64,000 bases of DNA from Octopus vulgaris. Taxonomy: Eukaryota. The position numbers were made by a program, and so were the translations under genes. Under the pieces are notes generated by a model. It was not told where the DNA came from and did no database searches. It worked only from the letters and a program-made list of their open reading frames with translations. The DNA lies in contig OX597834.1 of NCBI GenBank assembly GCA_951406725.2, positions 38,130,001-38,194,000 on the forward strand, read 5' to 3'. Shown piece by piece: positions 1 through 13,123 of the stretch. The first letter of the stretch is position 1. Each line of letters starts with the position of its first letter.

Positions 1-157
1 GCACCCAAGCATATACATAGAATTACATGCATATATACATATAAACATATATATATATACAGTAATATATGTATATACATACATGCATGAGTGTTTGTGT
101 GTGTAAAGAGAGAGAGGTCTACATATGAAAACACGAATGAACAGAGAAAGATAGAGG

Positions 158-197
<40 letters not shown>

Positions 198-294
198 CAT
201 GTATACAATATGTGCATAGATATAAATATATGTATACATGTGTGTGTGTGTGTACGTAGGCGCGTGTATGTACACACATATATGTATGTATAAA

Positions 295-350
<56 letters not shown>

Positions 351-353
351 TAC

Positions 354-425
<72 letters not shown>

Positions 426-515
426 ATATACATATGCATACCTCTCGCTTTCTGTGTGTACGCTACGCATGTACGTGTACATAAATATGCACACACAAAC
501 ACCCACAGACACAGG

Positions 516-565
<50 letters not shown>

Positions 566-575
566 AACACACACA
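1..575. repeat. Compound microsatellite (AT)n/(GT)n/(AC)n
   Basis: Dinucleotide runs seen directly; they explain the [12 protein letters not shown] ORFs. Confidence 0.95.
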
Positions 576-999
576 CAAATTATCTAAAGTTTTGTGCGTT
601 GTGAGAGATAAATAGAACATGATTTGTAAAAAGAAAAAGAGAAAAAATCAAGAAAAACAATTGGCAGGGTAGAAAACAATAAAAAAATATATAAACGACA
701 ATGGTGCGATACAAAAGAAAATATGATAACTGCAATAAATAATAAATAATTATCGTACAAATTAGATACTTTGAGAAGCGAGAAAGATATCACAGTGATA
801 TATATATATAAAAGGGTTGCTTGGCTGTAAAAAGGCTTATATTTAGAAATGGTATTATACTGTTTAAAAATATCTAAAAACTTGAGATTACAAATCGCAA
901 GATGGAACAAAGGGTCAGCGTGTGAGAGAATTTACCAGCAAGGAAACCTATGCAAAACAGTAAATGTAATTAGGGGTTTGTGGGTGGGGGGTGTTTTAA

Positions 1000-1248
1000 T
1001 ACTAGTATTCTTTGTACTGTAGGCGAAAGACCTGTAATTTTGAAGGAGAGCGCTGGTTAATAACATTGGCCCCCAGTCCTGGACAAGTGCTTATTTTATC
1101 GAAACCACCACCACCACCACCACCCCCGAACGAAAGGGATGAAAGGCAAAGACGATCCCGGAGGAATTTGAACCCAGAAGGGAAGGATTGACGGCATGCC
1201 ATTATGCATTTTGTCCGGCATGCTATCGATTCTGCCAGTTTGCCGCCT
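1000..1248 (-). mobile_element. Degenerate tRNA-derived SINE (family A) with an internal (CCA)n run
   Basis: Shares aagggatgaaaggcaaag...ggaatttgaac...cgattctgccag blocks with the other family A copies. Confidence 0.75.
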
Positions 1249-1251
1249 TAA

Positions 1252-1420
<169 letters not shown>

Positions 1421-1633
1421 CCTTTCTACTAAAGGCACAAGGCCTGATGTTTTGGAGTAGGGGACTAGTCGATTACATCGACCCCAGTGCGTAACTGGCA
1501 CTTAATTTATCAACCCCGAAAAGATGAAAGGTAAAGTCGACCTCGGCGGAATTTGAACTCAGAACGTAGCGCCAGACGAGATACCGCTAAGCATTTCGCC
1601 CGGCGTGCTAACGTTTCTGCCAGCTCGTCGCCT
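1421..1633 (-). mobile_element. tRNA-derived SINE family A, near full length
   Basis: Minus strand: A-box-like TGGCAGAAACGTTAGC and B-box GAGTTCAAATTCC, then core GGTCGACTTTACCTTTCATCTTTTCGGGGTTGATAAATTAAGTGCCAG, then an (ATT)n tail. The core resembles the Meta-SINE domain (from memory). Confidence 0.85.
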
Positions 1634-1812
1634 TTGTTTCAAATTTTGCCACAAGGGTAGCCATTTTGACTGGTATTTGATTTATCGAGCCCCCGAAAGG
1701 ATGAAAGGTAAAGTCGACCTCGGCGGAATTTGAACTCGAAACGTAAGGACTGACGAAATGTTGCCAAGCATTTTTGTCTGACATGCTAACGATTTCGTCA
1801 ACTCGCCACCTT
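1634..1812 (-). mobile_element. tRNA-SINE family A copy
   Basis: Same B-box and core (cccgaaaggatgaaaggtaaagtcgacctcggcggaatttgaactc on +). Confidence 0.85.
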
Positions 1813-1839
1813 ATAAAATACTAATAATGATAACAATGG

Positions 1840-2025
1840 GACAAAGGACTACAATTCCGGAAGGAGAGGGGGTAAGTTGGTTTCATCGAACGCAGTGCTC
1901 ACCTGGTACTTATTCTAATGACCCCGAAAGAATGGAAGGCAAAGTTGACCTCAGCGGAATTTGAACACAGAACGTTAAGAAATGCCGCAAAGCACTTTGT
2001 CTGACGTGTTAACGATTCTGCCAAC
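1840..2025 (-). mobile_element. tRNA-SINE family A copy
   Basis: Same core, more diverged. Confidence 0.8.
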
Positions 2026-2657
2026 ACCACGCACCACCACCACTACCACCTTTGGTTTAAAGCTCATATGAAGTAGAATAAGTCTATTAACTCAAAATAA
2101 AAATAATTATTAATTTGGTTAAGCTGAACTTTACTAAGCGGGAACAACTTCAATAGTTGCGTGTTATTGTATTATCTTATAATTCAATATCATTTCTGCT
2201 GGATATCTTATAATACCTTTGCTCTGATAAAGAATGCTTCTTGAATAATACAAAGCAGAATCTAACTGTAGGTATGGCCACTTCCATATTGAATGAGGAA
2301 TTGAATATGAGCTAATAAATGAAATAATACACAAAGGTCAGTTCTTCGTAATTCTGCGCTCGTAGTTAATATAGCACAGGTTATCCTTAAATCTACCTCA
2401 TTATTAACTGAATATTTGTAAATGCTCATCAGCTGATAAACGCGATAATCTAAATGAGATATTTCTCTATCTTTGCAATTTTGTCAAATGATGCTATTTT
2501 CTTAAGATTTTCTTTCTTTCCTTCTAATGTCGATTACACTCGTTTAATTTTTATTTGTTCTGTCTGTCTTTCTAAACTCTAATTCTACTGTTTATTCTAA
2601 TACATAGAAATGTTTAGGGTATCCAAAAATAGCTTTGAAATATGCATCTTATATACC

Positions 2658-3800
2658 CAAGGGCCCGGGAACAGGGAGTGCAGCGGGTGCACCTGCACCC
2701 CTTGGAATTTTCAGGTGGGGCAAGATCAAAATTTGCACCCCCTACATAATTTTACCAGTTTCGGAAAATAGTGTCTCAAAATTTATCTGTATAAGATGCT
2801 TGAAGCTAGATTTCGTTTCGAAGCAAAAACAAAGAACAAAAGTAAATAAATAAAAGTGATGAAGCTGGTCTTAAAATTCCCAAGGGAATTTATGACTAAC
2901 TATTTGAAGCAAAGTAGCGTCAAAATAAAAAGTATGTAACAACAACAACAGTAGCAGCAAACAACAAGAACAACAACATGACCAGCATCTACGGCTACTC
3001 TTCATATCATTACTTGGATTCTTGAAGACAGCACTATTCTGACAAAAATAACTCCGAAATCTTGCAATGCTGAAAATGTGTGATGGTTCTTGTCCTCTCT
3101 CTATCTGTCTGTCTGTCTGTCTGTCTCCTCTCTCTCTCTCTTCTCTCTCTCAAGTTCTTTGTAGTTGATGTCGCTAAAGACTGACGACATGGTTGAATGG
3201 ATTCAACTGTTTGACCTCAGCTTAAAAATAAAAGCCCTTCTAAAATTCTTTCAGTCATATCGGTTTTCTCATTTAGGTTGTTAGGTCCAAAGTTTGACAA
3301 GGGAACAAAATGATTTATTTTTATCTCATTGTTAAATACTTTGATATTTATTGCTCATTCGAAATACTACTCCAGTTTAATAAAAAAGAAAAAGATTTTG
3401 AAAGGAAACTTTTAACTATAAATGATTGTAGACCAGCCCCGAAATTACCTAATTTGCGAAGAAATGTATTCGACAATTTCAGACTAATCTATATAAAAAG
3501 GAAATGATAACCACGAAGATCACTTCAGAGGTGCTTTTTTTTCGCTCATAAGTCTAACCCTAGCTGAGGCCACACAGGCTAATATGCTTTTAACATCCAT
3601 ACCTCAAACCCATATCTCTAGAACGACATTCAGCACCTGGAACGGGTTCAGCACTTGGCCACCTGAATGGGCGCGGACTTGTCTAAACTTGCGTAAGAGG
3701 AACATCTTTTGATATCAAGATTGGAAAAATCCACCTTGTTCGTAAAATGTTTTTGACCTGGGTTTGCACCCTCAAAGCAAATCCTATTCCCGGGCCATTG
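2658..3800. mobile_element. Non-autonomous hAT DNA transposon (about 1.14 kb)
   Basis: 18-bp TIRs CAAGGGCCCGGGAACAGG / revcomp CAATGGCCCGGGAATAGG (2 mismatches). 8-bp flanks tatatacc (2650-2657) and tatataac (3801-3808). Subterminal TGCACCC repeats at both ends. Confidence 0.8.
3595..3710 (+). pseudogene. Small CR1-type LINE ORF2 C-terminal relic nested in the hAT element
   Basis: Translates PYL*NDIQHLERVQHLAT*MGADLSKLA*EEHL, matching the CR1 'DI..LERVQR.AT.M...L..L.YEERL' motif. Confidence 0.6.
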
Positions 3801-4516
3801 TATATAACTAAAATATTTTCACTTTTCTGGTGATCCTGATGAAGATGAAAGCATCGTTTCCTTGTTAGACTGTAATAAATCTATTGTAATTATATATGTA
3901 TGCGTGCTGGTATGGGTGAGTGCGTGCGTGTGTGTGTGTTTACGTCGATTATTAACGGCGGAGAGTGTAAACAACGGTGAGAAAATTGGAAAAAGAGCAT
4001 GCTCTTCCATCAAACTTCCTTGTGAAATTTGTTCTGCATCCGATTACAGACACTCCTTTGTCTCCCACTATCAGAAATGCAGTGAATCAATGACTGACCC
4101 GTTGGAAACTTGTAACCAATCATGCTGTTGTTATCCAGTTTCAAAATAGATAAATAAGAAAATGATACAATACATGTCTAACATACTATCTCGTTTCTTT
4201 GCAGCTTTACACAGTGCCTGAACCAAATGCTGCGAAAATACTCAATGAAACAATGGTCATGAAAGAACAGGACCATGTTAAATGGTACTTTGGTTCTGAA
4301 GATCATGTTGGTAAAGGGTTGATAATTATGATCGAAGATTATCGGTGAGTTAAGTTAATCTCTAGTCGAGTATTGAGACACTTGGGGCTCAGTTGTTGCG
4401 ATTTTCTATCATATTTGGAGTCATTGGTCATTTATTGTGTTTTGAGCCGTTGTATCATATGTCAGATCATATCTTGGGTCGCTGAGTTATTTATTGGGTT
4501 GTCGTATTATTTGTCC

Positions 4517-4820
4517 GTGGAGGCACATGGCCTAGTGGTTAGAGCAGCGGACACGCGGTCGAGGGATCACGGGTTTGAATCTCAGACCGGGCGATGTGTG
4601 TGTTTATGAGCGAAACACCTAAACTCCACGCGGCTCCGGCAGAAGGTAAAGGCGAACTTCTGTTGACTCTTTTGCCACAACTTTCTCTCACTCTTTCCTC
4701 CTGCATCTTGCAGCTCACCTGCGACGGACCGGCGTCCCGTCCAGGTGGGGAACCTATACGCCAAGGAAACCGGGAAACCGGCCCTAATGAGCCAGGCCGT
4801 GGCTCGAGAAGGAACAAACA
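4517..4820 (+). mobile_element. tRNA-derived SINE family B (V-domain-like) with a 9-bp TSD
   Basis: A-box TGGCCTAGTGG, B-box-like GGTTTGAATCTC, V-SINE-like CCTGCGACGGACCGGCGTCCCGTCCAGG, AAC-type tail. TSD tatttgtcc at 4508-4516 and 4821-4829. Confidence 0.85.
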
Positions 4821-5047
4821 TATTTGTCCAGTGATAGGATTATGGGTCGTCAGTTAGTTTATTGGGTTGTATGTAGGCGCACCTGTGTGTAGGTGAGCTT
4901 TTCTTGTAGTTCTTTATGGTTAAAGTTTTTTTTTTAATTCCTCCGTATCGAGTAATTTTCTCGTTAACAAATGTTTGTGCAAATTGTTTGTGTAAATCCC
5001 CACAGCTCTTTGTCTTCGAACTGTCCTGAATGTTATTATTACTGATG

Positions 5048-5252
5048 CTCGCAGAAATTTTAGCACGCCGGACAAGATGTTTTGCAGCATTTCCTCCGAC
5101 TTTACATCAATCTTAGTTCAAATTCCGCCGAGGTCGACTTTGCTTTTCATCCTTTCGGAGTCGATGAAATAACTACTAGTTGAGCACTGGGGTCGATGTA
5201 ATCGACGAGTCCCCTCCCTAAAATTTCAGGTCTTGCACCCATAGTAGAAAAG
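5048..5252 (+). mobile_element. tRNA-SINE family A with (ATT)n tail
   Basis: gttcaaattccgccgaggtcgactttgcttttcatcctttcgg core, followed by (ATT)n at 5253-5318. Confidence 0.85.
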
Positions 5253-5318
<66 letters not shown>

Positions 5319-5319
5319 G

Positions 5320-6115
5320 TCTTTGCACCGCTTCTAACGCTGGAGTTGTACTACGGTGTCACGCCTGACCTTCTTACTTCCTGTAATAGCGGTTCTGTGG
5401 CATTTTTTACATACCATGCAATGTTGTTTTCTTCCAAGAATATGGGATCATATCGTATGTCTTACAATAATCGATACATGACATGGCCAAGTTAGTTTTC
5501 CTTTTCTTGCAGTCTCTAAGTACAGTTTTGTCTACCATGCGTTGATCCTTGATACCTCTGCATTTACGTTTGTAACCCTTCTGCTCACGTGGCAGGACTC
5601 CATTTTTTTCCTAGATATCCGTACATTAACTCTGTGACTATTCCAGTCAATAATTTCCACATAAATGGCAAGCAGGATATCGGTCTATAATTGTCTACTG
5701 TCTTGTTTTTTTCAATGTTTTTCAAGAACGCCACTGTCCTACCCAATGTCTACCACTCTGGTGTTACTTGGTCGGCATTTAACAAGGTGTTGAGTTGGGC
5801 AGCTATTTGTGCATGACATTCACCAAATCTTTTGATCCAGTAGCCTTGAACTTTATATCTGGTCCCGAGAACTTCCAGTTGCCTTTATTTTTACTGATTT
5901 CCTTCACTTTCCTAACTGAAATGACTAGTTCTGCCTGTTGTGGACAGACTACTGCTTGTTTCAGTTCTTGCAACCATTCAGCATCCTTCTTGTGCTCGTG
6001 ATCCTTGTCATTGCTCCAGATGTCACTCCAAAACCTTTGACTTTCAATGTTATCTGGTATCAACTTTTCATCTGTACATTCTCCATTTATTTCTTTGTAG
6101 AATTTCTTCTGATCT
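5320..6115 (-). pseudogene. R4/Dong-clade non-LTR retrotransposon RT fragment
   Basis: Minus strand translates DQKKFYKEING...FWSDIWS...AEWLQELK...NWKFSGPD and VDNYRPISCLPFMWKLLTG, with frameshifts. Flanked on both sides by (ATT)n. Confidence 0.8.
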
Positions 6116-6140
6116 ATTATTATTATTATTATTATTATTA

Positions 6141-6177
<37 letters not shown>

Positions 6178-6603
6178 TGCTACTACTACTACTACTACTA
6201 CTACTAATACTAATACTACTACTACATACATACATGCATTTATAAATGATGTATTTTTGCTATTATTACAGGGATATGTTTTTGAAGAAATACAAAGAGC
6301 GTCCCATGGAGGACTTCATGAAAGCCGATGCGAAACCATATCTTCAGGAGAAATCAGAAGTGAAGAGCAATGCCATCCAAAATAATATCAGACAGTCTAT
6401 GTCAAAGTTATTTTTAGGAATAGTTCTTATATTGCTGTTTTCTTGGAATTAATAGGACTCGAAAAATTTGGCAAAGTGAAAATCTTGCCGTTGCGAAAAT
6501 ATTGGAAACAAGGCATTCTAGTTTTGAACCACGGTAACAACAAAGCATTCTTCGAAGCTAAACTTTATCATTATTGTACTCGTTATTTTCCTATGTTTTT
6601 TTC

Positions 6604-6822
6604 AAGGTGGCCATCTAACAGAATCGTTAGCACGCTGAACAGGATGCTTAGCTGCATTTCGTCCGTCTTTACGTTCTGAATTCAAATTCCACCGAGGTTG
6701 ACTTTGCCTTTCATCCTTTCGGGGTCGATGAAATAAGTACCAGTTAACCACTGGGGTCGATGTGATCGACTTACACCCTCCCACATAAATTCCAATCCTT
6801 GGGCTTAAAGTAGAAATGATTA
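6604..6822 (+). mobile_element. tRNA-SINE family A
   Basis: cagaatcgttagcacg...gaattcaaattccaccgaggttgactttgcctttcatcctttcggggtcgatgaaataagtaccag. Confidence 0.85.
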
Positions 6823-6964
6823 TTTTGCTATATTTTCAATTCATTTATTTCTTATGATGTCTGTTGATGTTGGTGAAACCGTTATTCCGGCTGTTTGGTA
6901 TTGCCATTGTTGTTATTATTGCTACTGTAGTTGTCATTGTTTTATATGTTGTTGTTGTTGTTAC

Positions 6965-7011
<47 letters not shown>

Positions 7012-9109
7012 TTATGCGTGTCGCTCATCTTCTATTTAATGCTATAATCTTGCTCTTACCCAATTCAGACCACAAACACAATTTTTATTCCCATGATACC
7101 ACTGATTTCACTAAGAAAGGCTCTTGAATATCACAGTGCTCTGTTTCATTTGCCTCGCAAGACATACAAATTTTGTGACTGAGCAACTGGGAGCCATTAT
7201 TATGGGTTCGATTTGCAATTAGTGCCTTATATTATCAAAGTCCGCGGCCAGCTGAGAACAAGTTCCTGATTCGATTCCAGTTTGTAGTTTTAGATTTTTT
7301 TTTTTTTCAATTATCTGATGTCATTAATATTCTTAAGAAAGACATTAATGACAATAGTATTTACGGTTTGGCTCTAATATAAATGGGAGACCTTCATAAA
7401 ACAAGTCATTATCGTAATTGTATTCGGTGGAGGATTCCCGATAATTGTATCCGAGCCACGGTTTCAGTCCCTTGTTAGAGTTTATTACAGTAAATGCTTA
7501 CGTCAAATATTCCCTTGGCAAATTTATCATTGACCACCATTATCATCAATAAAATTAAAACTGTTATGTCAAAGTAAGAATTTCTACAATATGCACAGTA
7601 GAGTAAGAAACGATAAACTTCAGTGAGCGAAAATTTCTTCTAGGTTTCGAATCCTACTTCAGATTATTTCATTTTATTTACTCCCTATTAATTTTGTTGC
7701 TGAAAGAATGAACATCGCAATTTTCCGTTTCCCATTTTGCACTAAGTTTGATATTTTCGACGACGTAAGAAAGTAGTATTGAGGGAGACTTCAGATCAAA
7801 AACGAAAGTTTCCTAAATCAAAAGAATGAGCCGGAGATCACAACTTCCGTGGATAAAAGTGTTGTAGGTCAAAAGAGCTTGTGGAAAGATCTGAAGCTTA
7901 AAAAATTTGTGGGTACTGCCACAGATCAAAAGTTTTCTGCTTCCGGTTGAAAGTGATCTCTTTCATTTAACTCTTCAATGTATTTCAGAATGAAAGTAAA
8001 ACGAACATCACACAATTGTTTTCTCCCCTTCGTCCAGTAATCATTTATGTATTGAGCCTTAAGCTTAAGAGATAATTCTAGTGATTGGTCACATTCTTTC
8101 TTCCGCTGCTGACATTAAACTGAGTCCTTGATTAAGGCACGTGTTTATCATGAAGTATAATAATGACTTTTCAACAAATGATGTCATGAAGCTGGTATAA
8201 GATCCAGTTTAGAGAGACTTTATTTTCTACAATTATTCCCCCATTCTTTGTTGAAATATTTCGGTATTGTATGTATAAACAGATTTAAACACCTCGCCTC
8301 TAGATACAGTATGATTGTGGATAGAAAACGAGGAGTCAGCAGGGTTAATTTTAATCCTGTGTCGGGACTTCACCAGAGACTGTATAGCCTGTCCGTGGCG
8401 AGACTACTCAGGAACTTTCAGTTTCGTAATCAATCTCACACTTATAAGTCTAAAACTGTTTTTTAAAATTCTTATTCTTTGTGGCGCAATAGACTTATAT
8501 CTCAAATTAATATCACTGAATCTCATTTTCTCATTTCTGTAAATCGAAGTTTATCTTCATTTTATTTTGTTTTGTTTGTACTTGGGAAAAAAGTTAAAAC
8601 CAACCAGTGAATATACAAACAAAGTGAATACATCTGTCTAGACATATATCGACAGATATATTTTGTGATACAATATGGCACTGAAACAAAGCTACGTTAA
8701 CAAACCAGTAATTTATTAATCAGACTAGCTGTCAAAAGTGTGTTATATTTGCCAATTAGTTTATCCTATTTATTCCAGTTCATAGTAAAAACAAGTTGAT
8801 AGGCAATGTCTCGAGGGACAGATTAATACAGTCTCTGATGATATCCCAACACAGGATTAAAATTAGCCCGGCTTATCCCTCGTTTTCTGTTCACGAAAAT
8901 GCTGTGTATACAGACTAGGTGTTTAAATCTATCTATACATAATTCGTTGGCTACAATTTTTTAGATATATATTCTCTAGTAAATATAACAGTAGCCATAA
9001 TCCTTCGACTGTGCTCTGAAACGGCTACTCTCCTTCTCCGCTCCACCCGTTTCCGTTTTCCTAATCAATTGTAATCCTTTGATTATCTCTAGCCACCCGC
9101 CGGATTATT

Positions 9110-9320
9110 TGAACCATAGCTGCAAAGAAGCGGGACAAATACCGCAAGGTATTTCGTCCGATGTTTTAACAATTTTGTCAATCCACCTACCCGGAATGAT
9201 ACTTTATTTATTTGCCACGAAACGATGAGTTAACCTCAACGGGATTTGAACTCAGAAAGAGCTGGAACAAATATCGCAGGGCATTTTATCCGACGTTCTA
9301 ACAACACTGCCAGCTCACTA
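9110..9320 (-). mobile_element. Two old, partial family A SINE heads in tandem
   Basis: Repeated atttgaac...acaaataccgcaagg...tccga blocks. Confidence 0.6.
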
Positions 9321-9917
9321 ATTTTCGATATTATAGTATTGGTGTTAGTATTGTACTAGTGTTGGTGAGTTAAGTTTTCTGGAAATGGAAACCCTGACAC
9401 AGTTTACTTGCTATATGTGTTTTATTTAACTTAGCTATTGCACTGGTAAAGGCATGAACACTACAACTTCATAATCCCTGCTTCTCTAAAGCAACGCTCA
9501 AGCTACATAGTTTTTTAAAGAAGACATCATCACATTTTATTTATTGTTGAATTTCCTTTGTTTTATTTATGTTTTTCTTATTGCTGTCATCGTCATTGTC
9601 GTTATGGTTACGGTTGTTGCTTGTTGTTCTTATTATTGTAATAATATCAATATCATAGCATTGCCTTCATTCTTTATTGTTGTTACCGTGGTATGTTAAT
9701 CTTGGCAGAAGTTTGCAGCTTGTATAGTGTCGGTGCTAGCAGCTTGTTGTTAGACCAGAAAGCGTGTATGTGTTAGTTACACAGAGATTTTTTGACAGAA
9801 ACAAACAATCAATAAGACTTGGTCCGTAGTCAGAATACAAAATGATTTGGCGAGTTGTGTTTGTAATGAGGAAAACAAACTAAATACGTAACAGAGTTAA
9901 GTTTTGTCTCTGTAGAC

Positions 9918-10170
9918 CAGTAATTCTCAACCATTTTTTACCTATGGACCTCTTTGATTCCTGTTCTACTCGAGTGGACTTCCACAGCCATTCGATGTTT
10001 TAAAAATCCTATTATATTTTAATAATTAAATATTATTAGAAATTCCATTTAAAAAATGCTAAAATATTTTGTATATTGTAAAAGTATAAGTAATTTATTG
10101 TATTTAGATTTTGACAAAAAGTCTTATATGGGCCCTCAATGGTCATATGGACCCCAGTTGAGAACCATTG
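9918..10170. mobile_element. hAT (Charlie/Buster-like) MITE
   Basis: TIRs CAGTAATTCTCAAC / GTTGAGAACCATTG. 8-bp NNNTANNN flanks ctgtagac (9910-9917) and ctctagac (10171-10178). Confidence 0.85.
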
Positions 10171-10177
10171 CTCTAGA

Positions 10178-10798
10178 CCATTTTTATCTATGTACTCCTT
10201 CGTTTACTATTTTATTCTGGTGGACCCTCATAGCCATTCGATGAGTAAAAACTAGTTTCATACAAACTCCTTTCAAAATTCCTATTAACTTGTGTAGGTT
10301 GAACAATATAAAATGCTAAAGAAACCTTGCTGTTTCTTGAAATACATACCAATATATATATATCTAAAGCAAAATGTTTCAGGAGTCCTTAAAATATTAT
10401 TGTTGATCCCCACTTTGCTATTTTGTTGCGTAGACCCCACAAAAATCTTATATGGACCCTCAGGAGCCATATGGACCCTCAGGAGCCATATGGACTCTCA
10501 GGAGCCATACGGACCCTCAGGAGCCATATGGACCCTCAGGAGCCATATGGACCCTCAGGAGCCATATGGACCCTCAGGAGCCATACGGACCCTCAGGAGC
10601 CATATGGACTCTCAGGAGCCATATGGACCCTCAAGAGCCATATGGACCCTCAGGAGCCATACGGACCCTCAGAAACTATATAGACTCTCAGGAGCCATAT
10701 GGACCCTCAGGAGCCATGTGGACCCTCTGGGGCCATATGGACCCTCAGGAGCCATATGGATCCTTAGGAGCCATATGGACCCTGGTTGAGAACTGCGG
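10178..10798. mobile_element. Second related MITE, lacking the left TIR and carrying an expanded minisatellite
   Basis: Homologous to 9931-10170 (ccatttttatctatg...gtggaccctcatagccattcgatg). Ends GTTGAGAACTGCGG followed by ctccagac. Confidence 0.75.
10451..10783 (+). repeat. 19-bp minisatellite TATGGACCCTCAGGAGCCA, about 17 copies
   Basis: Head-to-tail units with no spacers. Gives the 19-aa periodic ORFs (MDPQEPYGPSGAIWTLRSH) in all three frames. Confidence 0.95.
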
Positions 10799-10954
10799 CT
10801 CCAGACTTATAAAGCACACTAACATCGATTTGCTGTCAACCCTTTAGAGATAATGAGATAATTACCAGTTGCACCTCGAAGTACATAATATCGACTATAT
10901 ACTATCTGGTACTCTTCTGTAATCCTTATACGTTTGAAAAAAAGGCTTTGTTAA

Positions 10955-11164
10955 CCCTTTTACTGCAAAAGCAGATATGTCCACTGAAAATATAATTGCC
11001 CTTAACTGGGGAAAGCAGTTTTATATACCAATCTATTTTCCGTTGGTTGAGATAACGTCGTTTTACTGATAACGGGACTTGAAGAAAGTACTAGTTCCGT
11101 CTTTTGGTAGATATGTAACATCATTACAAAAATAACCATGGAATTCAAATTCGCGGTGAAAGGG
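10955..11164. mobile_element. piggyBac-type MITE (210 bp)
   Basis: TTAA at 10951-10954 and 11165-11168. TIRs CCCTTTTACTGCAAA vs revcomp CCCTTTCACCGCGAA (12/15). Confidence 0.75.
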
Positions 11165-11595
11165 TTAAACCAAGGAGAAAGACTCTCTGTGATTACTCGA
11201 CATGATAGAGATGGCAGCGTCGTAAATCTCTCTCAAATCACTGCCTACTGCCATTAAAAAAAATGGGTATATATAACGATGTAGTTTGGGTGAGGAAGGG
11301 CAGTCACGGCCGGAATGTGTTTTGTCATGGATCTGTTGAATTAGAGATGACCAGTGACCAAACAAAAACACACTCATGTGTTGCTGCTTTACGCCGTTAA
11401 TGTCATTTAAAAAGGCATGAATGTCACGTAATCTCTTCCTCACACCCTCTTCTACACAAACACATACCGAATCACTGAAGGTTATGTAACTGAAGAGGAC
11501 CAATTTCAACCAATGAGTTAATCGATAGATCTGTTTCTATGAAATAGTGGAGAGTCAAGCTGAGAACAAATTCAATTTTTACAAAGAAATGATGA

Positions 11596-11655
<60 letters not shown>

Positions 11656-11802
11656 CCTTTATCAGATGGTATGTAGGTCGAAACTTCAAAGTCACTGTCA
11701 CCTGAATTGTAATAGTTTAATATGTACTCTACTAAAAAGTATTGAGTAATTCTTCAGTTTATGCTAAAATCTCTCTATATATAACTTATCATAGAAACAA
11801 AC

Positions 11803-11880
<78 letters not shown>

Positions 11881-12188
11881 CATGTTTGTGTGTGTGTGTA
11901 GGAATGTATGTGTGTATATGAATTAGGCTTTCGCCCTTTTCGGGATCATCAAAAACTGAAAAATGTTTCAAACCTATGTGACGAAACCGAGCTTTTTAAA
12001 ATTATTTGAACCTATTCCAAATATTATTAACCTACTTAAACAAGCACCATTGGTGTAATTCAGAAAAATAGAGCAAAGAAATGCAATTTAAACATAGATA
12101 ATATATATATATACATGGACCTAGTCTAGAAGAAGAATTCGGAATTTAAGCTAAGTTCACTTGATATATATATAAACATATATATATA

Positions 12189-12257
<69 letters not shown>

Positions 12258-12270
12258 GTATATATATATG

Positions 12271-12303
<33 letters not shown>

Positions 12304-12347
12304 GCATGTATGTATGTATATATGTATGTATATATATGTATATATAC

Positions 12348-12410
<63 letters not shown>

Positions 12411-12844
12411 CACATAAATGCATGCGTGTACATATATATATCTAAATATGTATGTATGCATATGTATACGTATATTTATAAGCATATATATATATAGGTA
12501 TCCGTATATGTATATATTAAACACACAATGTTCAAACCGAAAGTCAGTAGATATATATTTTGTGTATTTAAAATATTCGAAACAATGCACCAAAATAGCT
12601 ATTGCTAAAAGAAAGTATAATCTAGAGATATCGCGATGTTATGTAGAATTAAATGATATCGCTTCGTTTAAAAAAAAACTATATTTTATACAGAAATATT
12701 ATATATATCTATATATATTTGTCAGCGATTGTTACAAAAATATTCTAATAAAATGTTTAACTTAATATCACCTTTTGTTCAGTTGTATTTTGCGTTTTGT
12801 TTATTTTTATTTTGCTTTTTATCTTGTATTTTTTTATTTAAATA

Positions 12845-13053
12845 AGTCATTGGACTGCGGCCATGAAGGGGCACCACCTTGAAGGGTTTTAGTTGAACGC
12901 ATCAAACCCAGAACTTCTTTTTTTTTAACCGGGTATTTATTTTATTGGCATCACATGCCGCTAGCTTATGAGGACGTAAACGAACTAGTACAGGTTGTCA
13001 AGCGGTTTAGGGGACAAACATGCACACATAGATACACACAGACACATACACAC

Positions 13054-13123
<70 letters not shown>

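Noticed and set aside
4517-4592. tRNA gene (also at about 21780-21850, 38505-38570, 57252-57325)
   Set aside because: A/B boxes continue into SINE bodies with tails or a TSD; no clean cloverleaf.
10451-10783. CRISPR array or repeat protein
   Set aside because: Head-to-tail 19-mers with no unique spacers, inside a MITE, in eukaryotic DNA.
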